DNA from: Candidatus Hermodarchaeota archaeon | GTDB taxonomy: Archaea > Asgardarchaeota > Lokiarchaeia > Sigyniarchaeales > SOKP01 | Assembly (NCBI GenBank): GCA_048885525.1 | Contig: JBHLLP010000002.1 | Span: 67,451 to 131,450, forward strand | Length of the DNA: 64,000 nt | Reading direction: 5' to 3' | Part shown: one piece after another, positions 48,222 to 57,640 of the stretch | Layout: every line of letters begins with the position of its first letter | Position numbering within the stretch: the stretch's first letter is position 1 | Notes under the pieces: model-generated | The model's database searches: none | Told to the model about the DNA's origin: nothing | What the model saw: the letters and a program-made list of their open reading frames with translations, nothing else | Made by a program: the position numbers and the translations under genes

Positions 48222-49712
48222 TTATTTTTCTACTTTAGTACCGCACCATTTACAGAATTGCTCTGTTCCGGTAAGTTTACTTCCGCATAAAGAACAGTTT
48301 TTTGCCTCAGCGGGAGTAGTTATAGAAGGAGTACCAATTACTCTTCCTTCTATTTTACCTCCACAATTAGGGCAAAATTTAGAATCTGGTTTTAATGATG
48401 CTTTACATCGTTTACATTTAAGAATTTTTTCTGGAGCTTCCTCGGTTTTGACTTTATAGGGTGAAGGTTCAGTTGTGGATTTTTCTGGTGTTTGAAGTTT
48501 CAGTTTTTTCTGTCCTCTTCTTGCTATTACTGCTGCTAATAATATAATAATAACGACTACAAGAACTATAATTAAGATCCATTGAACATCTAGCCATCTA
48601 TCTCTTGAAGTTAACCCAGTATTATATGTTACATCGAAAGTAATAGTAGTAGATTCCTCGGGCGAAAGCATAGGATCAAAATAAATAAAGAAATACCAGT
48701 TCCCAGGAGAAGGTATAGTATAAGAACCTGATATGGGCAAGCCTGGTTGTACAACTTGATTATATATTCCAGTAAGATCTATTACACCTGTAGCAGTATA
48801 ATTGATTGTAAAATCGACAATAACAGATGAAACTCCTTTATTATACCATACGATATAATAATCTTGAGAAACACTAACATAATAAGAACCACTACTTTCA
48901 GTAACATTTGTTTCACTAATTAAAAATAATGGCGAACCACCTGCATCCCAATCATAGAAATCGTAAACATCAGCAATAAAGAAATCTATTTGATCACTCG
49001 CATTAAATTCATATTGAATTGATGAACTCGATCTTAAATACCACCATTCAGCCCAATATCCTTCATTACCCGGAATAATTTTTGAATCTACAACATCGCT
49101 TTCTATTGTAGTTGTAGGAAGATTTTCAAAGGGATTATTCCAAATAATAAAAGTTAAATCACTTGACAAAGATTGAACAGAATAGTCTATGCTTCCACTT
49201 TCAACATATTCATATTCATACCAAAATTCATTGAAATATAGAGTTTCAGTAGATCGGTAATTTACATAGCCATTTAAATCAGCATCGCTAAAGGGAAACC
49301 AAAAAGCTACACCTGCAATTGGTAGTATTATGAGAGCGAGGATTATGATAAAAATTATACCTCCACCAACGTATACTGGACTATAGTACCATGGCCTATA
49401 CCAATGTCCCGCCCAATAAGGTGAATACCACCATCTCCAATACCAAGGACGATGATACCACCAATAAGGCCTATAATATCTGTGATGTGGTCTGTAATAT
49501 CGATGTGTATAGGGTCCACTTGGAGATCGTGATGTTATTCTTGTTGCACCTGTTCTTCCAAATGGTATTCCACCCCTAGATCCACCTCCTCTGTATCCTC
49601 CACCAAATCCACCTCCACGGAAGCCTCCACCAAATCCACCTCCACGAAATCCTCCACCGCGAAATCCTCCGCCTCCTCCACCACGAGATCCTCCGCCTCC
49701 TCCACGTGGCAT
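48222..49712 (-). CDS. Membrane protein with N-terminal RGG/FGG low-complexity box, Trp/Tyr/Arg/Pro-rich segment, large extracytoplasmic beta-rich domain and two C-terminal zinc ribbons
   Basis: Read directly. MPRGGGGGSRGGGGGGFRGGGFRGGGFGGGFRGGGFGGGYRGGGSRGG, then RYYRPHHRYYRPYWWYHRPWYWRWWYSPYWAGHWYRPWYYSPVY. Two hydrophobic helices flank ~235 aa carrying NxS/T sequons. The C-terminus has CKRC...CPNCG and CSLCG...CKWCG. Confidence 0.7.
   Translation of the reverse strand: MPRGGGGGSRGGGGGGFRGGGFRGGGFGGGFRGGGFGGGYRGGGSRGGIPFGRTGATRITSRSPSGPYTHRYYRPHHRYYRPYWWYHRPWYWRWWYSPYWAGHWYRPWYYSPVYVGGGIIFIIILALIILPIAGVAFWFPFSDADLNGYVNYRSTETLYFNEFWYEYEYVESGSIDYSVQSLSSDLTFIIWNNPFENLPTTTIESDVVDSKIIPGNEGYWAEWWYLRSSSSIQYEFNASDQIDFFIADVYDFYDWDAGGSPLFLISETNVTESSGSYYVSVSQDYYIVWYNKGVSSVIVDFTINYTATGVIDLTGIYNQVVQPGLPISGSYTIPSPGNWYFFIYFDPMLSPEESTTITFDVTYNTGLTSRDRWLDVQWILIIVLVVVIIILLAAVIARRGQKKLKLQTPEKSTTEPSPYKVKTEEAPEKILKCKRCKASLKPDSKFCPNCGGKIEGRVIGTPSITTPAEAKNCSLCGSKLTGTEQFCKWCGTKVEK
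49563..49712 (-). repeat. GC-rich coding tandem repeat (GGN/CGN codons) encoding the RGG box
   Basis: Locally GC-rich island in an AT-rich window, with repeated ggtggaggatttcg-like units. Confidence 0.8.
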
Positions 49713-49714
49713 TC

Positions 49715-50713
49715 TTAATCTGACACCTCACTTGTTTTAACTTCAGAGCTTTCTACTCCTCGGAAAATGTAATCTCTATTGATTGCTAATATCAAAAGAA
49801 TCATTGATATTATTGACATTGTTAGCCCTACAGCATCTATCCCTATTAATGGTGATGGGCTTGTAGTAGCGAAAGCAATTCCTAATAGTATCCATTCAAA
49901 AGCCATAAAGAATACTGCTAATCCAGGTATAACGGTCCTAATTTTCCATCCAGTTTCTAAATTTCTTGTATCAGAAAAACTTGTATAGATGATTGAGAAC
50001 AAGCCAATAATACTAGAAAACAGCATTAAAATACTAAAAATTTCGATTACAATCCATATTGGGTCTCGTAAATTGTAAAAAGGAATCAAAATCCCAGGAC
50101 CTCTTACGTCAAATAATGTAAAAAATAATGTTGGATCTCCCACTGAAGCAACCCCTAGTAGACTCTCAAGATTACTATGTTTTCCAACAAAAAAACCAAA
50201 AATTCCACTTAATGGGAGAATTACTCCAAGAGTGAATCCAATAATTGCACAAACACTAGCGAACCAGAATTCAACAACTTTTGTATTTTTTACAGGGATA
50301 AGTCCAATTTCATCAACTGTTCTATCTGGAATATAACTCCAGCAATCCTGGATTGTAGCTACTCCTATAAGTTTTTCATTTTCTACTACTGGTACAACAT
50401 TTACATTTAGATCACGCATTCGAGTGAACGCTTCAGTGACAGGACTATCCAGTGTTACTGGAGAGATTTTATACATTGCAGATATCACCTTTGCAGTTTT
50501 AGCATCTGTTCCTTCTGCAACTACATTTTGCACAATATCAAAATCAGCTATAACACCAATGACTTTTTGTTTTTCTCCTTTAACAACAACTAAATCTGGA
50601 ACTCCTAATTCTTTCATTTTTCTTGCAGCTTCTTGAATCGTTGCATCTGAGTCAATTATTCCATATTCATCATTGATTACTAAATCTCGTACAAAATATT
50701 CTCTTAAAGACAT
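49715..50713 (-). CDS. CBS-domain pair fused to a multi-pass membrane domain
   Basis: Two CBS repeats (DATIQEAARKMKELGVPDLVVV..., PVTEAFTRMRDLNVNVVPVVENEKLIGVATIQD) followed by ~5 hydrophobic segments. Its stop is 2 nt from the start of the RGG gene. Confidence 0.75.
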   Translation of the reverse strand: MSLREYFVRDLVINDEYGIIDSDATIQEAARKMKELGVPDLVVVKGEKQKVIGVIADFDIVQNVVAEGTDAKTAKVISAMYKISPVTLDSPVTEAFTRMRDLNVNVVPVVENEKLIGVATIQDCWSYIPDRTVDEIGLIPVKNTKVVEFWFASVCAIIGFTLGVILPLSGIFGFFVGKHSNLESLLGVASVGDPTLFFTLFDVRGPGILIPFYNLRDPIWIVIEIFSILMLFSSIIGLFSIIYTSFSDTRNLETGWKIRTVIPGLAVFFMAFEWILLGIAFATTSPSPLIGIDAVGLTMSIISMILLILAINRDYIFRGVESSEVKTSEVSD

Positions 50714-50914
50714 TGATTATACATCCTTTTTTTAATTAAATTATTTTTTTATGAATTATCAAAAGAATGGAATATATAAATCTTTTTATTCACATATAAT
50801 TCTCTATTATAAACTAGAAAACTAGGAATTGGTCTCTTTATGTTTAATATTATGTAATTGATAAGTTTAATAATCTAATAATAAGCGAACTTACATTATA
50901 TAAACTTTCAATAA

Positions 50915-51706
50915 CTAAAATAATTCTATTATAGAGCTAAAGGAATTTAAGATTAAATAAGGTTTAATTTTTACATTATTTGGTTCAAAATTTTGACCTT
51001 TTCCTGTTTTTACTAAAATTGCTTTAATACCTGTGTTGATAGCTCCTTGAATATCGGATTCAAGGTCATCACCTACCACAATAACTTCACCTGGAGTAAG
51101 GTCTAGTTTCTTTAAAGCTTGTAGAAAGTATTGTTTTGAGGGCTTTCCAAATATTTTAGGTGTAGTATTAGCAGCATATGCAATCATTTGTATAAAAGAT
51201 CCAGTATCTAGAACCGGTTCACCATTGCGATCAAGATAATATCTATTACCTTGTGTTCCAAGAAGTTGAGCACCTTTAAGTAAATATTTAAACGCAATAT
51301 TTAGACGATTCACATCCCAATTATCATGAAAATCACCTAAAACTACAAAATCCGGTATTTCAGAATCTTTCACTTGGGGGATTTCTTTAAATTCTTCTTC
51401 AACTTCTGCAGTTGTGATAAAATAAGACTTTTTCTCTGGAAACTTAGATAAGAATTCTTTTAAAGCTATAATTGGTGTAAAAACTTCGTCTTTATTAATA
51501 AAGAATCCATATTCCTGTAATGTATTTAACACCGTTGTAGGCGATTTACTATCAGTATTAGTGAAAAAAAGAAATTTTAAGCCCATTTCACGAAGTTTTA
51601 AAATTGTTTCAATAGCCCCTGGAATCGGAATCCCTTTAAAATAAAGTGTTCCGTCTATATCAGTTAAGATTCCTTTAACTCCATTAAAAGGCTTTTTTTT
51701 ACTCAT
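50915..51706 (-). CDS. HAD-superfamily hydrolase, subfamily IIA (NagD-like sugar phosphatase)
   Basis: ILTDIDGTLY (DxDG), FFTNTDSKS and VVGDDLESDIQGA. I prefer ATG 51706 to the listed TTG 51724. Confidence 0.8.
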   Translation of the reverse strand: MSKKKPFNGVKGILTDIDGTLYFKGIPIPGAIETILKLREMGLKFLFFTNTDSKSPTTVLNTLQEYGFFINKDEVFTPIIALKEFLSKFPEKKSYFITTAEVEEEFKEIPQVKDSEIPDFVVLGDFHDNWDVNRLNIAFKYLLKGAQLLGTQGNRYYLDRNGEPVLDTGSFIQMIAYAANTTPKIFGKPSKQYFLQALKKLDLTPGEVIVVGDDLESDIQGAINTGIKAILVKTGKGQNFEPNNVKIKPYLILNSFSSIIELF

Positions 51707-51929
51707 TATTATTATAAAACCCAATGCTATTTTAAATAATTATTTAAATAGAACCGGTATATGATCGTGAAAACTTCATTTCACGTTTTTTCATATATTT
51801 CTAAATACTATCTTAATAATATTAATAAAAAGTTTTGATTTAAGAATCTAAAAAGTTAATCAGGATTATACAATCATGTAAATAATTCAGTAATAAAAGT
51901 TAAATGGTTAATGGTGAATATATTTAAGC

Positions 51930-53189
51930 ATGAAAATTAGCAAAAGGGTTATTATAGCTTTAATTACAGTATTTGGAGTTGCTGGTGCTAGTATTAGTAC
52001 TTATTTTATTGTTATTTACATTGGTTCTACTGGTAATGGTTCCAATGGTAATGGTTCTGAAGAAAAATCTATTGATGTAAAGATTCAAGAGCTTATGGCA
52101 GAATATGAAATTCCATCATTAGCAGCAGCTATTGTTATCAATAATAGCATAGCGTGGGCTAATGGTTTTGGCGACCAATCAGCTCTAGATACAGTGTATA
52201 TGATTGGTTCAATTACAAAAACATTTACTGCAACTGCACTACTTCAACTTAAAGAGAATAATCTTCTTAATTTAGATGATGATATTAATGATTATATTCC
52301 CTTTAATGTAAAACACCCAAATTACTCAAGTACGCCAATAACACCACGCATGCTTTTAACACATAAAGCTGGCTTACCAACAAACCTCTATTGGTCACTT
52401 GAGTATTACTTTGATAACCAGACAATTGATTGGATAAATAATAATTTAGGATGGGATATCATTAAATGGGCACATCGCCCAACTTTAGAGGAGTTCTTAA
52501 ATGGTAGCTTAAATCCTTCTGGCTCCTATTATAATGATTATAATTGGCAAACACAACCAGGAACAGAATTTCAATACTCTAATGCAGGTTTTCAATTATT
52601 AGGGTATTTGGTTGAAGAAATTACAAATCAATCTTTAGAGATGTACATTCAAGAAAATATTTTTGATCCATTAAATATGACTGAAAGCGGTTATTTCTAT
52701 GCAGATTTTGTAGGAAAGCATGCTATTCCATATGAATGGCGATTAGGTAACAATTTCGAATTACCTTTATACAATATCAATGTTACGGGAGCAGGATCGA
52801 TAAGAAGCAATGTTTTGGACATGGCAAAATATATGAACGCTTTTATGAACGAAGGGGAGGCGAATGGAACTCAGATACTAAGTCCTGCTAGTGTTAACTT
52901 AATGCATTCTATCCAACACCCACTTACTGGTACTACAGTAGAAGGTTTTACATTTGAAGGTTATGGACTAGGGTGGAACATCTATGAAAGTAATTTTGTA
53001 GGGCATGGTGGAGCAACCCCTGGTTTCAGTTCTAATATGTTTCTTAAAATTACTAACAATGGTTCTTTTGGTGTTATTTTGATGTTTAATCGTGGTTCCG
53101 CCCTTTTATATGATAGCCTTCTAATTACAGATTTTATACCCCAAATTAACAATTTACTTTTAGAAGAAGCAGAAAATTTGTTCTACTAA
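51930..53189 (+). CDS. Beta-lactamase-related serine hydrolase (class C / esterase family) with N-terminal anchor
   Basis: SITK (SxxK), YSNAG (YxN) and GHGGAT motifs, plus an N-terminal TM helix. Confidence 0.8.
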   Translation: MKISKRVIIALITVFGVAGASISTYFIVIYIGSTGNGSNGNGSEEKSIDVKIQELMAEYEIPSLAAAIVINNSIAWANGFGDQSALDTVYMIGSITKTFTATALLQLKENNLLNLDDDINDYIPFNVKHPNYSSTPITPRMLLTHKAGLPTNLYWSLEYYFDNQTIDWINNNLGWDIIKWAHRPTLEEFLNGSLNPSGSYYNDYNWQTQPGTEFQYSNAGFQLLGYLVEEITNQSLEMYIQENIFDPLNMTESGYFYADFVGKHAIPYEWRLGNNFELPLYNINVTGAGSIRSNVLDMAKYMNAFMNEGEANGTQILSPASVNLMHSIQHPLTGTTVEGFTFEGYGLGWNIYESNFVGHGGATPGFSSNMFLKITNNGSFGVILMFNRGSALLYDSLLITDFIPQINNLLLEEAENLFY

Positions 53190-53316
53190 GTTCCTGTGAT
53201 TAAAAAAAATGTGCTTTAAAGATAAAAGCAATTTTATTGAATTATTTTATAAATAAATTTTCTATGAATCGAGGTAATGTGAATGAGATTAAATTATAAG
53301 AAATGAATATCTATCA

Positions 53317-54879
53317 TTATTTTTTTTCCTCGAGTTTTTTAATTAGTCCAAATTTTATTATAATTGCAGAACTTATAACAATGATAATAAAGATGATCCA
53401 AATTGCTTCATAAGTCCAAATGTTCGTATACCATAGAGGTTTTGTTAAATTATTGAATTTATAAGGAGAATTTGTCTTTACCCATTTAACGCCTAGACAC
53501 CATAATTGAGAATATCTTTCTTTTGCTTCTATTGTATATACAATTGTTGGTATATTTGATTCAAATAAAGCTTGGTATCCTTTATTTGAATATTTATCAC
53601 CAGTATTAATATAAGAAAAATTATAAGGAGAAGATTCAAAATCGTTTAGGGAGGGAGAACCACGCATTCCTAATAAAATCTCTGCTGCACGATTATTTAT
53701 CATTTCAATCCATTCAATGTCACTGGTTGGAATCATAATTTTATCCAAATTAACACCAGAATCAATAGTCATATTTAGGAGAATTTCATAAAAGTCATCA
53801 TAGAAGGGATGACCTGAGTCTGGTCTATAAGGATCAAAATCTAGATAAAGATCATTATCACGTGTAAAGTTAAGAACTTGTTCAAAAGTAGGTATTTTTA
53901 TTCCTCTATATGATTCTGCTTGTGATTTTGATATAATTCCTTTTGAAATAGTATCAAAAGGATCCTTTTTTATAAACCAAGAACCAGCATCTAATTCTTG
54001 GAGTTCTGAAAAAGTAAAACTCTCTGCTTTGTCATTTTTTCTATTAGGAAAATGATCTGAAATATTAGTTGTTCTCAGTAATAGATCGTCATGCATTAAA
54101 AAGGGAACTCCATCAAAACTAATCCGAATATCAACTTCCCAACCCACCACCAAATCATAATCAAGCACCGCAATACCTGACTCGATTGTGTTTTCTGGAG
54201 CAAGAGAAGAAGCTCCTCTATGTGCTATTAGATCTGGTTTAGAAGGTAATTCTCCGTAGATAACAGTTGTAGGTATATATAATATGGGAAAAATATAAGC
54301 AAAGAGGTATAAAGAAATAAGGCAAGAAAAAATGAATTTTGATTTCTTATTTGGATCAATAAATTTTTCAGAAAGGTAATTTTTAATTTTTGGAAAAATC
54401 TTGATTATTGGATATAGTGTTATAATAAGAAGGATATCAAGGAGAAAAAAGAAAAAGATACTATAAAAATCCAAAACATATAGGATTTTTTTATATTCAC
54501 CAAACATATCAAGAAAGTATAATATCACAATAAATAAAAGAGTGTAAAAAACAATTAGAACAATTGGTAATATTCTATTTAATTTATGAGGGGAAATTTC
54601 ATCCCTTTTTGTAAATCGCTTAATATTAATGAAACTTAGTGCCAAACCATATGGTAAAGGTAATATTAGAACTATTCTTACTAAAAGAATAATATCAAAA
54701 TCAAATCCTACCCAACTTGATACCTCTGAATTAATTTCATACCAATAGGGATCAAGAGCATAAATTAACTCTGTAAATATTATTAAAATAACACATAAAA
54801 TGACGTAAAGGACAATCCAGCGCTTCCCTTTTTTTCTTTGTAATTTATCTAATAATAACATAATATTTTTAAATAACAA
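53317..54879 (-). CDS. Membrane-anchored glycerophosphodiester phosphodiesterase (GDPD) domain protein
   Basis: About 6 N-terminal TM segments, then IAHRGASSLAPENTIES and EVDIRISFDGVPFLMHDD, with a C-terminal TM. Confidence 0.75.
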   Translation of the reverse strand: MLFKNIMLLLDKLQRKKGKRWIVLYVILCVILIIFTELIYALDPYWYEINSEVSSWVGFDFDIILLVRIVLILPLPYGLALSFINIKRFTKRDEISPHKLNRILPIVLIVFYTLLFIVILYFLDMFGEYKKILYVLDFYSIFFFFLLDILLIITLYPIIKIFPKIKNYLSEKFIDPNKKSKFIFSCLISLYLFAYIFPILYIPTTVIYGELPSKPDLIAHRGASSLAPENTIESGIAVLDYDLVVGWEVDIRISFDGVPFLMHDDLLLRTTNISDHFPNRKNDKAESFTFSELQELDAGSWFIKKDPFDTISKGIISKSQAESYRGIKIPTFEQVLNFTRDNDLYLDFDPYRPDSGHPFYDDFYEILLNMTIDSGVNLDKIMIPTSDIEWIEMINNRAAEILLGMRGSPSLNDFESSPYNFSYINTGDKYSNKGYQALFESNIPTIVYTIEAKERYSQLWCLGVKWVKTNSPYKFNNLTKPLWYTNIWTYEAIWIIFIIIVISSAIIIKFGLIKKLEEKK

Positions 54880-54934
54880 ATTAATTGATTAGTTTATTTT
54901 TAACTATACTTCTAATAAGATTTTTGTTTCTTTA

Positions 54935-55723
54935 TTAATTAGATGGTTCAGAAATAAATTTGGTTTCTATTGGAGGACGAGGTGGTGCTCGGTAATATAT
55001 TACTGATGGATATCCCATAATCATAATACCGAATATTTCATCATTTATACCAAATAAATTTCTAGCTATTTCTTTGTTTTCATTAAGAAATATCTGAACG
55101 CCTCCAATCCAACAAGAACCTAAACCTAATGTTTCAGCACCTAACATTGCATAGGTTATTGCTATAACGGCATTCTTACTATCCCAATCATTTTTCGAAT
55201 GGAGAATCATTATGTGAGGAGCCTTATAAAAAAATGGATCAATGTTTTCTTTTCTTTTTTTCTTATACTCTCCTCTCTCTTCTTCTGATTCTATTGCATC
55301 GATAATTGAATCTATTAAATCATTAATCTTTGTTTCATCTGAAATTACGAGGCATTTTAAAGTTCGTTTATTCATAGCTATAGGAGCATATCTTATACAA
55401 TCAATAACTTTTTCAATTATATCTCTTGGAACTTTTTTATTTTGATAATGCCTAATTGACCTTTTAGAACGAATTAATCTATATATTGCTTCATACGATA
55501 TTAATTCACTCGGTTCTTCAAATTCTAAAGTAGTATCGTTCATATTTTCATAAATTATAGCATTTTCAGGACATACTGCAATACAATGCCCACACAATAT
55601 GCATCTTCGGGAGTTATTGAAATTTATTTCATTGTTAGGACTATTATAGTTATCCATTGGACACTCTTTGATGCATTCTTTACACAGATTGCATCTATCA
55701 ACATTTATTCCTTTAATTGGCAT
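54935..55723 (-). CDS. Nitroreductase-family protein with N-terminal 2x[4Fe-4S] ferredoxin domain
   Basis: CNLCKECIKECP and CILCGHCIAVCP, then RRSIRHY and a nitroreductase core. Confidence 0.8.
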   Translation of the reverse strand: MPIKGINVDRCNLCKECIKECPMDNYNSPNNEINFNNSRRCILCGHCIAVCPENAIIYENMNDTTLEFEEPSELISYEAIYRLIRSKRSIRHYQNKKVPRDIIEKVIDCIRYAPIAMNKRTLKCLVISDETKINDLIDSIIDAIESEEERGEYKKKRKENIDPFFYKAPHIMILHSKNDWDSKNAVIAITYAMLGAETLGLGSCWIGGVQIFLNENKEIARNLFGINDEIFGIMIMGYPSVIYYRAPPRPPIETKFISEPSN

Positions 55724-56010
55724 TATAATATTGAAAATTTAATAAAACAATATTAACATTATGAATTACAGTTTTATAAATCGAATAATTAATACCTATT
55801 GATATGAAAAAAGACTCTAGGTTAAGATGGATTCTTAACAAATTCTTAAGTAGTAAATGGTTAAAATTCTTATTTTAGATTATTAGATTGACTTATCTAA
55901 GTTTTAGCTAATATTAATAATATATTCGATCTCCGATACATTTATATAGGTGTCTTTCCTTTAATATCATAAGTTTTATCAAAAACTGATATATTGGTGA
56001 AGTTAAAAAA

Positions 56011-56661
56011 ATGTTCTTTGGCAAACGATTCAGTGGTTATCAAGGCGAAGCTTTTTCAGGGTTAGACATTTTAGTGCTTTCAATTATTAGAAATCATGAA
56101 GGGATTTCGGGATATGAAATAAGTCAAATTATTAATAAAAAGTTCAAACCCATGTGGAGAGCTTCTCCGGGAACAATATATCCTTTATTAAATAGGTTAG
56201 ATGAGAAGGGATTTGTCGATACTGAAGAATTTATTGATGAAAATAATCGACAGAAGAAGATTTACAGGATTACTATTCAGGGAATAGAGAGGTTAAAAGA
56301 GGTCCTAAAAGATAATTTCGAACACAGTATGAATACACTTGGTGATTATATTCGTACAGTAGTAAATGCATGGTTGCCCCATGAAAAACGAATCAAGGGA
56401 GTTATGTCTTGCTTTCCTTATCATTGTGGAGCAGTTGATAGGGAAATTAATCAAGAAGATTTTTCATTGACAAATATTAATAGAGTTGAAAGAATATTGA
56501 GTGATTTAAATTATAGTAAGGAAAGGATCTCAATTAGATTAAAGGACATAAAAACTGAAATTGAAAAATATGAAGAAATTTTAAAGAACTTAAAAAGCAT
56601 GAGAGAAGCAAACATCAAAACAATTCCTATTGTTGATGATGATGAGTATGAAAATTTTTAG
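56011..56661 (+). CDS. PadR-family transcriptional regulator with extended C-terminal coiled-coil
   Basis: ISGYEISQIINKKFKPMWRASPGTIYPLLNRLDEKGFV. Confidence 0.8.
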   Translation: MFFGKRFSGYQGEAFSGLDILVLSIIRNHEGISGYEISQIINKKFKPMWRASPGTIYPLLNRLDEKGFVDTEEFIDENNRQKKIYRITIQGIERLKEVLKDNFEHSMNTLGDYIRTVVNAWLPHEKRIKGVMSCFPYHCGAVDREINQEDFSLTNINRVERILSDLNYSKERISIRLKDIKTEIEKYEEILKNLKSMREANIKTIPIVDDDEYENF

Positions 56662-56709
56662 CTTGATCCAATAAAAATTATTAAAAAAATATAATAAAAA
56701 CGGAGGAAA

Positions 56710-57213
56710 ATGAAAATGTGTGATGAAGATTCCCATCATCATAGTCGTGGCCATGGTCAAAAAGGAATGGTTGGTTGTTTTCCATTTGACCCTCAACAAA
56801 TGCATAAAATGAAGAAGATGGCTATGCATTTTATGAGAGGTTTTATGGGGAATCAAATTCCATACAATATTGAAGATCTTGGAGATAAATATTTGATTAC
56901 TGTGCCTTTACCTGGTCGTACTAAAGAAGAAGTCAAGGTTTCTTTAATTAATAAACACCTTAACATTAAATCAGAGAAACCTAAAATTCCAGAAAAGGAA
57001 AATATAGAAGAAGCCCCAAAGGAAGAGGAGATTCCTCATGAATGTTGTGGTCCGTTTTTCCGGAAAGGATTTACTTTTATAGATGTAGATATGGATATTA
57101 CTTTACCTGTTGATGCGGATACCGATACCATCGTTTCAAAAATGGCTAATGGATTATTAAGGGTAACATTTAATAAAAAACCAGCCAAGAAAATAGACAT
57201 TAGTGAGAGTTAA
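56710..57213 (+). CDS. Hsp20/alpha-crystallin-domain small heat-shock protein with His/Met-rich N-terminus
   Basis: ACD pattern: DLGDKYLITVPLPGRTKEEVKVSL...ANGLLRVTFNKK. The N-terminus is MCDEDSHHHSRGHG...MHKMKKMAMHFM. Confidence 0.7.
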   Translation: MKMCDEDSHHHSRGHGQKGMVGCFPFDPQQMHKMKKMAMHFMRGFMGNQIPYNIEDLGDKYLITVPLPGRTKEEVKVSLINKHLNIKSEKPKIPEKENIEEAPKEEEIPHECCGPFFRKGFTFIDVDMDITLPVDADTDTIVSKMANGLLRVTFNKKPAKKIDISES

Positions 57214-57231
57214 TCAAACATTGAAATTAAA

Positions 57232-57308
57232 GGCGGAGCGCTTTAGACGTAAGATAATAAAGTATCCAGAAGATTACTATTGTAAAATCCAACACTAAAG
57301 CACCCCAC
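57232..57308 (+). other. GC-rich imperfect inverted repeat (arms 57232..57246 / 57295..57308, 48-nt loop)
   Basis: A perfect 7-bp core (GCTTTAG/CTAAAGC) is extended by G-C pairs with mismatches. It stands out against the AT-rich surroundings. Confidence 0.4.
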
Positions 57309-57317
57309 ATAATATTA

Positions 57318-57334
57318 TTTTTTTTTTATTTTTT
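57318..57334 (+). terminator. Oligo-T tract (T10 A T6) downstream of the Hsp20 gene
   Basis: Archaeal terminators are oligo-T runs; this one lies about 105 nt after the stop codon, just after the inverted repeat. Confidence 0.4.
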
Positions 57335-57640
57335 AATTTACTGTTTAATTAAAGTTTTCATTTTATAATGTTATTTACTCTACAAAAATGTTATTTTAGT
57401 TCAAAATATTAACAAAAGAAATTTTATATCTTCAATCCATTAAATTACTTCAATGAATTTAATTTATTCCTTAAAATAATCATTTAAAAACATTGATTCT
57501 CTAAAAAAATGAAAAATTAAGAATTTAAAAAAAGAAAGATTAAATAAATAAACTTTTTTAAATTATTTTTTAAGAATTGCATTTTACATTACTATTAATT
57601 TTCGATTTATTTGATTGAAATAATAAAAGTATGAGTAAAT

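Noticed and set aside
57232-57308. GC-rich element considered as a tRNA or tRNA fragment
   Set aside because: There is no cloverleaf, no GTTC-type T-loop, and no acceptor/anticodon arrangement; only one long-range imperfect stem.
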